Notes: generated by a model from the sequence alone, not told the origin. A stretch of DNA of 64,000 bases from an uncultured Anaerolineales bacterium (GCA_964478725.1 CAYZKS010000001.1:2903-66902), one strand, 5' to 3'. Positions 25,589 through 35,486 are shown, counted from the stretch's first letter. Made by a program: numbers and translations.

Positions 25589-28004
25589 GACGGCTCGCCC
25601 CGGTTCTGGCCAACTGAGACACCTCCTGGCGCTAGTCGCGATCCTCCTGACCGCGTTCGCCTTGCGCATCTGGCTGCTCGGCGACCAGAATCTATGGTGG
25701 GACGAAGGCCTGGCCATCTGGGCCGTGCGTCAGAGTCCGCTCGAGATGACTCTCTGGACCGCAGGCGACGTGCATCCACCCCTCTTCTTCTGGCTTCTGC
25801 AGTTTTTCGTGCGCTTGGGGGGCGAGAGCGAGTTCTCAGCGCGCTTCCTCTCGCTGGCATGTGGTACTTGCACGGTGGCCGCCCTATATGCTCTCGGCAG
25901 GTCGCTTTTCAACCGCAGCATTGCTCTGTGGGGAGCTCTGCTGCTGGCCGTAGCGCGCTTTCACGTGTGGTGGTCCCAAGAGATGCGCATGTACATCGTA
26001 GCCACGCTATGGGGCGTGCTCTCCCTCTATGCGTTTGTGCGTTGGTTGCAGGTCGAGGGCCTACTGAGGCTTCCGCCAGACCGCTCTGAGGGCGGTCCAA
26101 AGAACTGGGCCCGTGTGGCGGGGCTCCTCGTGCTTGCCACGACTGCCGGAATGTACAGCTTGTACCTGTTTGTCACAGTCATTCTGATTGAGAACTTCTT
26201 CTTCCTGGTCGTGCTCTTCAGATGGCAAGGCAGGCGCCTGAGAAGCTTGATGCGCTGGATCGGACTTCAACTGACCGCAGGGCTGCTCTTCCTGCCCTGG
26301 CTCGTACTAGCTCTCTCGCGCATGCGCTCCTGGTCAGTAGCCGAGCCCTTTGACTTCAAGATCTTCCTGCAGTTGTATGGCACCCTGCTTGCCCTTGGCA
26401 TCTCCACCTACGTTGAACGCTATCTGCTGCTCGTCTTGCCCTTCTTCCTTGTGGTAGGGGGGGCGCTGTGGTCCATTGGGCGCGGTCGCAAGTGCGAACA
26501 AGCCGTTACAGCCTCTCTACGTCGAGACGTGCCCGCGGCCCTGTTGCTCGTGCTCTTTTTGGTTCTCCCACCCGCGGTGGTGTATGCCCTCACACGCCCT
26601 AGGGGCCTGTTCTATGCGCCGCGTGTTGAGGCGCGGTATCTGGTGCTGTTTGCGCCGGCTTTCTACCTCTTGCTGTCCTTTAGCCTGGCAGTGCTGTACC
26701 GCAAGCATAGATGGGTGTCTCTGGTGGCAACAGCGTTTGTGGCCGCGGTTTTTGCGTGGAGTCTCCCGGGCCACTATTCGGGACGCTACCTGCGAGACGA
26801 GCATCAGACCATGGTGCGCATTATCTCTGCGTACGCAGAGCCTGGCGACGCCGTTTTGCTGGTGTCGGGAAACCGCTATCCCATCTTCGGATACTATTAC
26901 GGCAGGCTTCCGGCCGAGGCCTCACGGCCGCCAGTGTACAACCTGCCGCAACATGCCTCTGAGATCTCGCCAGAAAACGTGGAGACAGAGGTGGCCGCCC
27001 TGGCCTCTGATCACAGGCGCCTGTGGTTGGCTCAGGTCAATGCACCCATGCAGGACCCGCAGGGACTCGTGCCGCACTGGCTGGATCAACGCTATGCAAA
27101 GCTGGTCAGCTTCGGCTTTGACCACAATTCCCTTACCCTGTATGGCCCCAGTGGGGCAGCAGCTCAGGTGCGTCTTGAGAACATTGACCCACAGCATGCG
27201 CTCGACAGCACATCAGTAGCGAACGTGGGCCTTTTGGGCTATGACCTGCCTACGCAGCGTTTCCGGCCTGGGGACACCGTACGCCTGGCCCTCTATTATT
27301 CCACTCCAGTTGAGGCGCAGCTTGAGGTGCGCTTGACAGACCAGTCTGGACGCGTACTGGAGCAGCGTGATCTCACGCTGGCTACGGCCGAGCCCGTGGG
27401 CCGCCATCAGCTCGATTTTGCGGTATACGCACGCACTCCTGGAGGGCTTTATCACTTTGAAGCCCGGGCTGAACATCCTCCTGACTACTGCTCTTTCGGG
27501 GCTCTTCGTATTGAAGGCACCGTTTCTGCCAAGGAGGCGCCTTCACCTGAAGTCACCGTCCATGCGTCTCTTGAGGACGGTATCGAGTTGCTCGGATTCA
27601 CACTCCGAGGCCCTGATGGTTCAGCCATGAACAGCATCCGTGCAGGAGAGGCTTTGACGTTGGATTTGTACTGGCGCGCCAAGAGCAAGACCAGTCGCAG
27701 CTACACGGTCTTCACTCATTTGGTGGGTCATGCCTACAATCCGGCCACCGCAGGACCGGTCTGGGCGGGGCACGACTCCATGCCGCAGGCGGGAGGACGG
27801 CCCACCCTGCAATGGTTTGTGGACGAGACGGTGCTGGATCGTCACATCTTGAATGTAGACCCACAAGCTCCTGAGGGTGAATATGAGCTTGAGGTGGGAA
27901 TGTATCTCCTAGAGAGCATGAAACGCCTTTCTAGCATTGATGCGCAAGGCCAGGTGCTGGGAGATCGCCTGGTGCTGGGGCGCTACCGAGTGGTACGGCC
28001 TTGA
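25572..28004 (+). CDS. GT-C glycosyltransferase, family 39 / ArnT-PMT-like (polyprenyl-phosphate-sugar dependent), with a large extracytoplasmic C-terminal domain
   Basis: N-terminal polytopic domain with the loop-1 motif LWWDEG (DE acidic pair), 11-13 TM helices, and a ~350-aa C-terminal soluble domain. 810 aa. Overlaps the NERD gene end by 17 nt. Confidence 0.7.
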   Translation: MRNRTETARPGSGQLRHLLALVAILLTAFALRIWLLGDQNLWWDEGLAIWAVRQSPLEMTLWTAGDVHPPLFFWLLQFFVRLGGESEFSARFLSLACGTCTVAALYALGRSLFNRSIALWGALLLAVARFHVWWSQEMRMYIVATLWGVLSLYAFVRWLQVEGLLRLPPDRSEGGPKNWARVAGLLVLATTAGMYSLYLFVTVILIENFFFLVVLFRWQGRRLRSLMRWIGLQLTAGLLFLPWLVLALSRMRSWSVAEPFDFKIFLQLYGTLLALGISTYVERYLLLVLPFFLVVGGALWSIGRGRKCEQAVTASLRRDVPAALLLVLFLVLPPAVVYALTRPRGLFYAPRVEARYLVLFAPAFYLLLSFSLAVLYRKHRWVSLVATAFVAAVFAWSLPGHYSGRYLRDEHQTMVRIISAYAEPGDAVLLVSGNRYPIFGYYYGRLPAEASRPPVYNLPQHASEISPENVETEVAALASDHRRLWLAQVNAPMQDPQGLVPHWLDQRYAKLVSFGFDHNSLTLYGPSGAAAQVRLENIDPQHALDSTSVANVGLLGYDLPTQRFRPGDTVRLALYYSTPVEAQLEVRLTDQSGRVLEQRDLTLATAEPVGRHQLDFAVYARTPGGLYHFEARAEHPPDYCSFGALRIEGTVSAKEAPSPEVTVHASLEDGIELLGFTLRGPDGSAMNSIRAGEALTLDLYWRAKSKTSRSYTVFTHLVGHAYNPATAGPVWAGHDSMPQAGGRPTLQWFVDETVLDRHILNVDPQAPEGEYELEVGMYLLESMKRLSSIDAQGQVLGDRLVLGRYRVVRP

Positions 28005-28017
28005 GAGATCGGAGGAA

Positions 28018-30396
28018 ATGAGCATGCTGGCCCTGGTCCTGGCCTGGCTCTTCACAGCAGGCGTGCTCTGGTGGCTATACCGTCGCAAGCGCGTCGGCCA
28101 TGATTACTACAATGACGTGTTGGCTCTGGGCGCTCTGGCTTTGGCCGCCTGTGGCTTCTTCTGGCGCCTGCTCTTCACCTCTCAGGTATGGATGCCCATT
28201 GGTGGTGGCGATCTGGTCTCTTTTCTCTACCCGCTCTACAGCTTCTCCGCACGCAACCTGAGGGCGGGAACGATCCCGCTCTGGAATCCGTACCTCTATG
28301 GCGGCGCACCCTTTGCGGCCGATAACCAATCGGGCCTGTTCTATCCAATCAATCTACTGTTCTTCCTGTCACAGTCTAGCCTTGACTATCGAGCGATGGA
28401 ATTGCTAGCGGTAGCCCATGTCTACCTGGCCGGAGCCTGCGCCTACTTCGGACTGCGCTTCGTTGAACGCAGGCCGCTGAAACGATGGGCGGCTCTGGCT
28501 GGAGCTGCAGCGTTCATGTTCTCGGACCTGTTCGTGACGCACTTGGGGAACCTGAACATGATTGCGTGTGCGGCTTGGTTGCCACTGGTCTTTTGCTTGT
28601 TCCGTCGTGCACTGGATGAGGCTCGCCCCAAACTGGCAGCGGTTTCGGGCATCTTCCTGGGGTTTGCGGCCTTGGCGGGTCACGTTCAGCCCCTGCTCTT
28701 CATTGTGTTGGCCTTGGCACTGTACTTCTCGTGCCACTTGTATGGCCAACGTAGGGATGGCTGGCGTGCGCTCGCCAGGTCGGCAGTGGTTTGCTTGGTG
28801 GCCTTCGGGGTCGCCTTTGGAGTTGCCGCTCCGGGGCTTCTGCCCTCCTTTGAGATGTCAGGTCTGACCGTGCGCGCCGACCTCACCTACGAGGAAGCGA
28901 GCATGTACTCCCTGCCACCCGTGGCGCTGGTCGGCCTTCTGGTTCCGGGCATCTTTGGGCGGGGACCAGGAGGTTACTGGGGGCCGTGGCCGCGCGTGGA
29001 AGTGGGTTATGTTGGCATACTGCCATTGCTCTTGGCCTTGCTAGCTGTGCTGTTGCGCCGCGACAAGCTGACTCGCTTCATGACCCTGCTGGCTGTGGTT
29101 TCGCTCTTTCTGGCAATGGGCAACGCTTCCATATTGCATGGTTGGCTGTACCGTTTTGTGCCAGGGTTCAACATGGTGCGCGCGCCGGCGCGGTTCATCT
29201 ACCTCTTGGATTTCGCGTTGGCCATCCTGGCAGCATTGGGATTGGACAGCTTGTTGCGACCCATTCACCGTGGAGCGAGACGAATCTGGGCCCAGACGCT
29301 GAAGTTCCTGCCCATCGCGCTCGTAGGCACGTGCCTGGCAACTCTTCCACTGGCCTATGCTGTCACTGTCTTCAGTCAGGACAAGGCTCCGGAGGTCTTT
29401 TCTCGCACTCTCTCGGGCACGGGTGGAGTGGTCTTGGCGCTCTTGCTGCTGGGTTGTAGCGTGCTGCTTCTGTGCGCGCGGCAGAGGCGCTGGTTGCGGC
29501 GCTCAACCCTTGGGTTATTGGTCGTGGGGCTGATCGTGTTCGATCTGGCCAGTCTGGGTGCCAGCACCGAGATCGAACTGAACGATCCCACCGTTGGCTT
29601 TCAGCATGCGGCAGCCCTCTCCTTTCTCAAAAGCGACACGGAGTTCTATCGCATAGACACGCGCACCGAAGTCTGGAACGTCTGGCAGCCTGATCTCAGC
29701 CTGATGCATGATGTCTTTGATGTCTGGGGTATCTACAACCCACTGGTCCTGGCCAGCTTTCATCGTTATTGGGAGGGCCTCGGCAGCCGCTCTACCCGCC
29801 TGTACGATTTTCTGAACGCCAAGTACGTCATTGCGCACAAAGACGTCGTGTTGGACTGGGCCAAGTTCGAACTGGCTTTCGATGGCGACCCGCAGGTGAA
29901 CATCTATCGTAACACGCAGGTGCTGCCGCGGGCCTATATGGTTCACAAAGCCCTGCCGGCTGCAGATGCCGAGCAAGCTTTTGCGATGATCCACAGCCCG
30001 GATTTTGACCCGGCCAGCATGGTGGTCATTCAGGGTTCGATTGCACCTACTGCGGAGGGGGCCGAGCCGTCTGATGTGCGCATCACATCGTATACCAACA
30101 ACGCGATCACGCTCGAAGCCTCCACGCCGGCGGCAGGATACCTGGTACTGAGTGAGGTAGATTACCCGGGTTGGAGGGTTGAGGTGGATGGACGCGCCGC
30201 CGAGCTCAAGCGCGCGAACTATACTTTCCGCGCCGTCTGGTTGCCCGCGGGGTCCCATCAAGTACAGTTCCGCTTTGAGCCCATGAGCTGGAGGCTGGGC
30301 CTTTCTTTGTGCCTCTTGACATGCTTCGTGCTGGCCGCCATGGGGTTGCGCTCGTTGGTGCGCTGTAGGGCTGTGCACCGAGCATCAAGCGCCTAA
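28018..30396 (+). CDS. YfhO-family membrane glycosyltransferase-like protein (GT-C fold)
   Basis: About 790 aa polytopic protein. Conserved YfhO-like N-terminal motif LWNPYLYGGAPFAADNQSGLFYPINLLFF. C-terminal beta-rich extracytoplasmic domain. Start is ATG 28018 or 28024, after a GGAGG RBS. Confidence 0.6.
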   Translation: MSMLALVLAWLFTAGVLWWLYRRKRVGHDYYNDVLALGALALAACGFFWRLLFTSQVWMPIGGGDLVSFLYPLYSFSARNLRAGTIPLWNPYLYGGAPFAADNQSGLFYPINLLFFLSQSSLDYRAMELLAVAHVYLAGACAYFGLRFVERRPLKRWAALAGAAAFMFSDLFVTHLGNLNMIACAAWLPLVFCLFRRALDEARPKLAAVSGIFLGFAALAGHVQPLLFIVLALALYFSCHLYGQRRDGWRALARSAVVCLVAFGVAFGVAAPGLLPSFEMSGLTVRADLTYEEASMYSLPPVALVGLLVPGIFGRGPGGYWGPWPRVEVGYVGILPLLLALLAVLLRRDKLTRFMTLLAVVSLFLAMGNASILHGWLYRFVPGFNMVRAPARFIYLLDFALAILAALGLDSLLRPIHRGARRIWAQTLKFLPIALVGTCLATLPLAYAVTVFSQDKAPEVFSRTLSGTGGVVLALLLLGCSVLLLCARQRRWLRRSTLGLLVVGLIVFDLASLGASTEIELNDPTVGFQHAAALSFLKSDTEFYRIDTRTEVWNVWQPDLSLMHDVFDVWGIYNPLVLASFHRYWEGLGSRSTRLYDFLNAKYVIAHKDVVLDWAKFELAFDGDPQVNIYRNTQVLPRAYMVHKALPAADAEQAFAMIHSPDFDPASMVVIQGSIAPTAEGAEPSDVRITSYTNNAITLEASTPAAGYLVLSEVDYPGWRVEVDGRAAELKRANYTFRAVWLPAGSHQVQFRFEPMSWRLGLSLCLLTCFVLAAMGLRSLVRCRAVHRASSA

Positions 30397-30532
30397 CCTG
30401 AGTACATCCCTGCCTGCACGTGCATTTCGCCGCCCAACCCGGTTGCGCTATAATCGCTTTGGACCCACGGCATCGACCTGCAGTGTGTTGCAGGAAGCAT
30501 ACCCTTTCTAGAATAGGGAAGGAGGAAGTGCT

Positions 30533-31825
30533 ATGGAGCTGAAGGATTTCCCACGGCCCGCTGATAACAGCCGCCGGGGCATTCACTGGTCCGCCTCGGT
30601 GTTCCACCCCAGTGGCTCTTCCCTCGATTGGTGGGTGAACGAACTCCTGGCCATGAACATCAAGTGGGTCAAACTGATGGACAGCGGCTCAGGTTCATGC
30701 AAGCATGTGTGTCAGAAGCTGTTGGCGAACCAGATCATCCCCGTAGTGCGCATCTTCCGGGGTGCGCCCAACCCTGGGCATTTGGGCGCGCAGGAACTGC
30801 AGACGGTCGCGGAACTCGTAGCCCTTGGCGTCAGATACCTGGAAAGCAACAACGAACCCAACCTGGCGATTGAATGGCAGCCCGGTCAATGGCAGAGTGG
30901 CGGCAGGCCAGAGCTGGTCATGCAGCACTGGCTTCAGGATGCCAAAGCGATCATCAACCTTGGCGGCTATCCCGCCTTCCCGGCCCTGGCGCAGTGCGGG
31001 CGCCAAGCGGAAAACGGCAGCATTGACTGGTACACGAATGCTTTCAAATGGCTCGATGAGAAGGCGCACGCGGATGCGGTGGACGTGTTCACTCACGGAG
31101 CCTGGATAGCGGTTCACGACGCAGCGTTGAACCATTGCTACAAGGATAGTGATGGAGCGTGGCATTTTGAGTACCCTCTGGATCCGATCTGTCAGAAGGA
31201 TCAGCCGGGGAAGACGATTATGGATGATGACAACTCCATCATCGGCCATCGTGTTCCTGCCCAGTTGCTCAAACAGCATTTTGACCTGACTGTACCTGTG
31301 ATCTCTACTGAGGGTGGCGTGTTTGTGCCCGCCAATGGATGGCAACAATGGGACACGCGCTATCCTGGCTATGACTACAATGGGCAAGCAGAGCGCACCG
31401 TGGCCATGTTCCAATGGCTACGCACTAACGCGGAGGATTACTTCTTTGGCATGTGTCCCTGGTTAATTGCTAACGAGCGCATGGGGCACGTGGATCCCGC
31501 GTGGACCGAAAACGCGTGGTATCGCATGGACCGCGAGCTGCCGGTGGTTAGTGCAGTGAAGTCTATGGGACCAGAGCCAACACCTCCCCCTGTTCTGCCA
31601 CTGGAAGAGACTTTGCGGAACGCTTCGTGGAACCGACGTGGACTGGCTTATAATGCCGAATTGGCCTTCCCACAATACGCACGCCGCAGCAAGTTTGGGT
31701 CGCCCCTGACGCCTGAATTCGACGTCATCTGGCAAGGGAAGACCTACCGCGTGCAGGGATTCACTGGCGCCATCGTCTACGCAGAAGTGGGGGACTGGGG
31801 AAACATCAAGAACGTAAGCTGGTAG
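30533..31825 (+). CDS. Clan GH-A (GH5-like) glycoside hydrolase, TIM-barrel
   Basis: Acid/base motif SNNEPN and nucleophile motif ISTEGG in the expected order and spacing for clan GH-A. GAAGGAGG RBS. An extended -10-like TATAAT at 30467. Confidence 0.55.
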   Translation: MELKDFPRPADNSRRGIHWSASVFHPSGSSLDWWVNELLAMNIKWVKLMDSGSGSCKHVCQKLLANQIIPVVRIFRGAPNPGHLGAQELQTVAELVALGVRYLESNNEPNLAIEWQPGQWQSGGRPELVMQHWLQDAKAIINLGGYPAFPALAQCGRQAENGSIDWYTNAFKWLDEKAHADAVDVFTHGAWIAVHDAALNHCYKDSDGAWHFEYPLDPICQKDQPGKTIMDDDNSIIGHRVPAQLLKQHFDLTVPVISTEGGVFVPANGWQQWDTRYPGYDYNGQAERTVAMFQWLRTNAEDYFFGMCPWLIANERMGHVDPAWTENAWYRMDRELPVVSAVKSMGPEPTPPPVLPLEETLRNASWNRRGLAYNAELAFPQYARRSKFGSPLTPEFDVIWQGKTYRVQGFTGAIVYAEVGDWGNIKNVSW

Positions 31826-31833
31826 CAGCAGAC

Positions 31834-33426
31834 TCAGAGCTTGCGTCCTGCGCGCTGCGGCTGGTCCACAGGGTTTCCGAGCCGCTGTGCGTGCGCTTTC
31901 AGCGCACGAGTGACGGAATCGGGCAGCTTGTGGTGTGTGACACGTCGCAGGAATGCCAGGACTTGATCGATGTCTATGCCCTGGCGGAGACAGATGCGCA
32001 CGGATGAGGCATCCAGTACATAGCGTGCGAAGCCTGGGTCTTCATCCACCCAGCGTGCAAACCTCTCCAACAAGAAACGGTCGTACCAACTCGCGTTGTG
32101 CGGCACGATGACGTGTCCATCTGTCTGCACCAGGAACGGGTGCGCCGCAGTTGCCTCTTCCTCGAGCAAACCCAGGACCGCCGCACCCATGCGGGTCAGC
32201 ATGAACCGGTCGGCCGCCATCTCCTTCTGAGGAAAGCCGAGCGCGATCAGGCCCAACCAACACAACGGAGCGCTCAGAATGTACCGGATCACGGCGCCTT
32301 CGACTTTGTGCCAGTTGGAGAACCCAGTCAGGTACTGCTGCGTCTCGACATCTCGAATGTACCAAGACGAATAGTCCCCATCGGGCCGCATGAAATCGGG
32401 ATCGAAGTCGTAGATGAACTCCACAAACGAATCGATCCCCAGCCATGTCTCTGTTGGGCATTGTCCCAGACGGGCCAGCACGCCCGTGCGAGCGAGCAGA
32501 GGGTCGTTGCGCCAGCCAGTTTCCTCACAGTGCACGCTCGGCATCATCCAGAGCTCGTTCCAGGTCGCGTCTTCAAGCCATGCGTGATACAGCTGGATCT
32601 GCCTGCCCAGCGCGCTTTTCTTGAGCCAATGTGCTGCCTTGAGCGTTGGCTTCCACAATCCATCCTGCACGCGCAGCCAACCAGTTCTCTCGGCCACGTG
32701 CTGGAGGAAGCGCAGGCGTTGTGCCTGCTCTGCAGTGGTCATTTGCAGGACGGGACGCAGTCTTCTCCCCAGCACGGCCAGCTCGCGTGATGGCAGTGTA
32801 CCTTTTTGGGGACGAACCTCTGTGTTGCGGCAGTGACTCAGAAGTGCAAGCACACCGCGGGCGAGCGCGTCCGTCTCGTCCCGGATGACGGCGGGGGTCG
32901 ACAGGGGCATTGCCTCGAACTTGGGTGCGGGCACCGCTACGGGCGGGAGGATAGCGCGGATTTCGCGAGGTACAAAGAACACCTGGCCATGGAATTGGCC
33001 AGCCTTGGCATAACCTACGTGCAGTAGCCCCAGAAACCACAGCCGTTCAATGGCCGAGGCGGGCTGGCGCCAGCTTCTCTTCCATTCCAGTGAGCCAGGG
33101 CCAAAGCGCCGCAGGTCGCCGTATTTGCGCACGACCACGTACGCCCGTGTTTCGCCTCTGGCCGCTACGAAGGACAGCGCCTCGCGTTCGATCTCGCTCA
33201 AACGTTGGAGAGTGGATTGCAGGTTGGCAGGGGTGCTCATCTCTGCGACAAGCCTGTCCACCATCTCTGGGGTCTGCTCGTCTGTGAAAACTATGTGCCA
33301 GCCTTCAGCAATGGCCTCCAGCATCACAGGAGGATATTCCGCTAGGCAGTCCTTGAGGTCGCGCATTCCAACCACGATTATACTCCTTTTTGCGCGGAGG
33401 CAGCGTGAGCCTACAATGGGGAGCAT
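31834..33426 (-). CDS. Hypothetical protein, about 510-530 aa (possible helicase-associated-domain family); function unknown
   Basis: Long uninterrupted ORF, Trp-rich, no catalytic motif recognised. Alternative ATG start at 33366. Confidence 0.45.
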   Translation of the reverse strand: MLPIVGSRCLRAKRSIIVVGMRDLKDCLAEYPPVMLEAIAEGWHIVFTDEQTPEMVDRLVAEMSTPANLQSTLQRLSEIEREALSFVAARGETRAYVVVRKYGDLRRFGPGSLEWKRSWRQPASAIERLWFLGLLHVGYAKAGQFHGQVFFVPREIRAILPPVAVPAPKFEAMPLSTPAVIRDETDALARGVLALLSHCRNTEVRPQKGTLPSRELAVLGRRLRPVLQMTTAEQAQRLRFLQHVAERTGWLRVQDGLWKPTLKAAHWLKKSALGRQIQLYHAWLEDATWNELWMMPSVHCEETGWRNDPLLARTGVLARLGQCPTETWLGIDSFVEFIYDFDPDFMRPDGDYSSWYIRDVETQQYLTGFSNWHKVEGAVIRYILSAPLCWLGLIALGFPQKEMAADRFMLTRMGAAVLGLLEEEATAAHPFLVQTDGHVIVPHNASWYDRFLLERFARWVDEDPGFARYVLDASSVRICLRQGIDIDQVLAFLRRVTHHKLPDSVTRALKAHAQRLGNPVDQPQRAGRKL

Positions 33427-33446
33427 AATGGGCCGAGGCTGAGTGA

Positions 33447-34844
33447 GTGGGCAGTTTCAAGGCTGTGCGTTTTGTTCTCATCTATACCATGTTTCTGAAC
33501 TTGGTGGCTACGGCAGCCAAGCTCATAGTTGGATTTCTGACTGGCTCCCTCAGCCTCATCGCGGACGGCTTTGACTCGCTGTTCGATTCCATCAGCAACG
33601 TCATCGGGCTGATCGCGATCTACATAGCAAGGCGTCCGCCCGATGAAGACCACCCCTACGGGCATCGGCGCTACGAGATCCTGCTGACGATGCTTATCTC
33701 GCTGCTTCTGTTCTTCACCTGCTTCGAGCTTCTCAGGAGCGCGTACGAGCGCTTCCTGAATCCAGTGGTTCCGCAAATCACAGTCTGGAGCTTTGCCTCT
33801 CTGCTGCTGAGCATTGCAGTGCACGTATACGTAGCCATCTATGAGAAGCGCAAGGGTGAGGAGTTAAGGAGCGAGTTTCTGATTGCGGACGCCATGCATA
33901 CGCGTGCAGACATCTTTGTCTCTGTGGGCGTAATGCTTGGGTTGATCGTCGTGCGCGCGGGATATCCCATTCTGGATGTGGTACTGGCAGTGGTGATCGC
34001 GGTGCTGATCGCCAAGATCGGTTTTGAAATCGTTGCCAACAGTACGCGCATTCTGACCGATGCCAGAGCGGTGGATGTGGACAAGGTCGCTGCCATAATT
34101 CAGCAGGTGCCTGGAGTGACCAGTAGCCACCACATTCGCAGCCGCGGCCAGGAGGATGACATCCATCTCGACCTGCATATTCGCGTACCAGCGCGGATGC
34201 CGGTAGCGCAGGCGCACATGGTTGCTCACCAGGTTCAGCGCAAGCTTTTGGAATCCATTCCGGGGACTCGCGACGTCCTGGTGCACATCGAACCGCAACC
34301 CAGCGGTGGGCATGCATCCGGCAGTGACACTCTGGCAGGCATTCGAAAGGCAGCTCAGGAATCAGGGGAGGCCATCCACCACCTGATTGGTGACGAAATC
34401 GGCGGCAAGTACTTTGTGGACTTGCACCTGGAAGTCCCTGATGACCTGACCTTGGGCCAGGCTCACGCCCGGGCCAGCCGCCTGGAAGAGCGCATCAAGA
34501 CGGGATGGCCGGAGATTGACCAAGTCAGCATTCACATTGAGCCGGCCGTGCCTGCAATCCGAGTATGCGAGCAATTGGGGGAAGCCGAGCTCCAACGTAT
34601 GATCAGCGCAGTCACGCACAGCGTGCCGGGAGTCTTCGAATGCGAAGCAACTCAAGCTCACTGGATGGAGGGCAAGCTGTTCTTGGCCGTGCGCTGCATC
34701 CTGGACGAGACTTTGCCCGTTGCCCAAGCCCATGACATAGCCACGGCCATCGAGGACCGCTTGAGGAGATGGTGCCCCGAAATCGCCTATGTGTCTGTGC
34801 ACATGGAGCCGGCCTGCAGAGACAACCCATCTGCTGGGGGCTAG
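33447..34844 (+). CDS. Cation diffusion facilitator (CDF) family metal efflux transporter with three tandem C-terminal cytoplasmic domains
   Basis: 6-TM CDF core with metal-site motifs (ADGFDSLFDSIS; HxxxD). Followed by three successive CTD-like repeats, each ending in an I/VHxEP motif (VLVHIEP, VSIHIEP, VSVHMEP). Confidence 0.75.
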   Translation: MGSFKAVRFVLIYTMFLNLVATAAKLIVGFLTGSLSLIADGFDSLFDSISNVIGLIAIYIARRPPDEDHPYGHRRYEILLTMLISLLLFFTCFELLRSAYERFLNPVVPQITVWSFASLLLSIAVHVYVAIYEKRKGEELRSEFLIADAMHTRADIFVSVGVMLGLIVVRAGYPILDVVLAVVIAVLIAKIGFEIVANSTRILTDARAVDVDKVAAIIQQVPGVTSSHHIRSRGQEDDIHLDLHIRVPARMPVAQAHMVAHQVQRKLLESIPGTRDVLVHIEPQPSGGHASGSDTLAGIRKAAQESGEAIHHLIGDEIGGKYFVDLHLEVPDDLTLGQAHARASRLEERIKTGWPEIDQVSIHIEPAVPAIRVCEQLGEAELQRMISAVTHSVPGVFECEATQAHWMEGKLFLAVRCILDETLPVAQAHDIATAIEDRLRRWCPEIAYVSVHMEPACRDNPSAGG

Positions 34845-34855
34845 AGGGAGCCTCG

Positions 34856-35485
34856 ATGGGACGCTGGCTTGAGGAGCATCGGGAGGCTTTCCTAGCGTCC
34901 TCCATTGTAGCGCTGGTCTGCACAATCATACTGGGAGCAGTGGTCTTCGGGCTGCGCCGTCCGCCTGTGACGCCCATCGTGATTCGAGCGATCACACCCC
35001 TGCCTACGTCCACACGGCCTCCCACGGCCACACCTGGTCCCATTCAGGTCTACGTTTCGGGGGCAGTGACTCGTCCTGGCGTGTATACGCTGCCCTGGGA
35101 TAGCCGCGTGGAGCAGGCCGTGGCGGCAGCGGGCGGTGCTCTGGCCGAGGCCGATTTGGTGCAAGTGAACCTGGCCCAGCGCGTGCAAGACGAGGACCAG
35201 ATCTATGTCCCGACCAGGGGTGAAAGTGCGACGCCCGTTGTACACATGCCGGCACCAGTCAGAGTCGCGACGACAGCTCCGCTGTCTCCCGCGAGAATCA
35301 ATCTCAACTCAGCCACGTTGAGCGAGCTGGATGCGCTGCCCGGGATTGGGCCTGTCCTGGGGCAGCGCATTCTCGATTACCGCGAGGCCAATGGACCTTT
35401 CCAGCAGATCGAGGATATCACCAAGGTGAAAGGCATTGGTGACAGCATCTTTGGTGAGATCAAAGATCTGATCTACGTGGAATGA
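34856..35485 (+). CDS. comEA: ComEA-like competence protein (SLBB domain plus helix-hairpin-helix DNA-binding domain)
   Basis: N-terminal TM anchor, SLBB-like region (VYVSGAVTRPGVYTL), C-terminal tandem HhH (INLNSATLSELDALPGIGPVLGQRILDYREANGPF...ITKVKGIG). GAGGGAG RBS. Confidence 0.8.
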   Translation: MGRWLEEHREAFLASSIVALVCTIILGAVVFGLRRPPVTPIVIRAITPLPTSTRPPTATPGPIQVYVSGAVTRPGVYTLPWDSRVEQAVAAAGGALAEADLVQVNLAQRVQDEDQIYVPTRGESATPVVHMPAPVRVATTAPLSPARINLNSATLSELDALPGIGPVLGQRILDYREANGPFQQIEDITKVKGIGDSIFGEIKDLIYVE

Positions 35486-35486
35486 G

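Noticed and set aside
30458-30532. TGCGCTATAAT extended -10-like element and an imperfect TTCTAGAA-centred dyad upstream of the GH5-like gene
   Set aside because: -35 is weak and the dyad is imperfect (5/6 arms); plausible promoter but below my threshold for a separate feature.
29515-31414. Minus-strand ORFs 29515..30378 (287 aa) and 30695..31414 (239 aa)
   Set aside because: Antisense to the YfhO-like and GH5-like genes; no start-site context or family signal.
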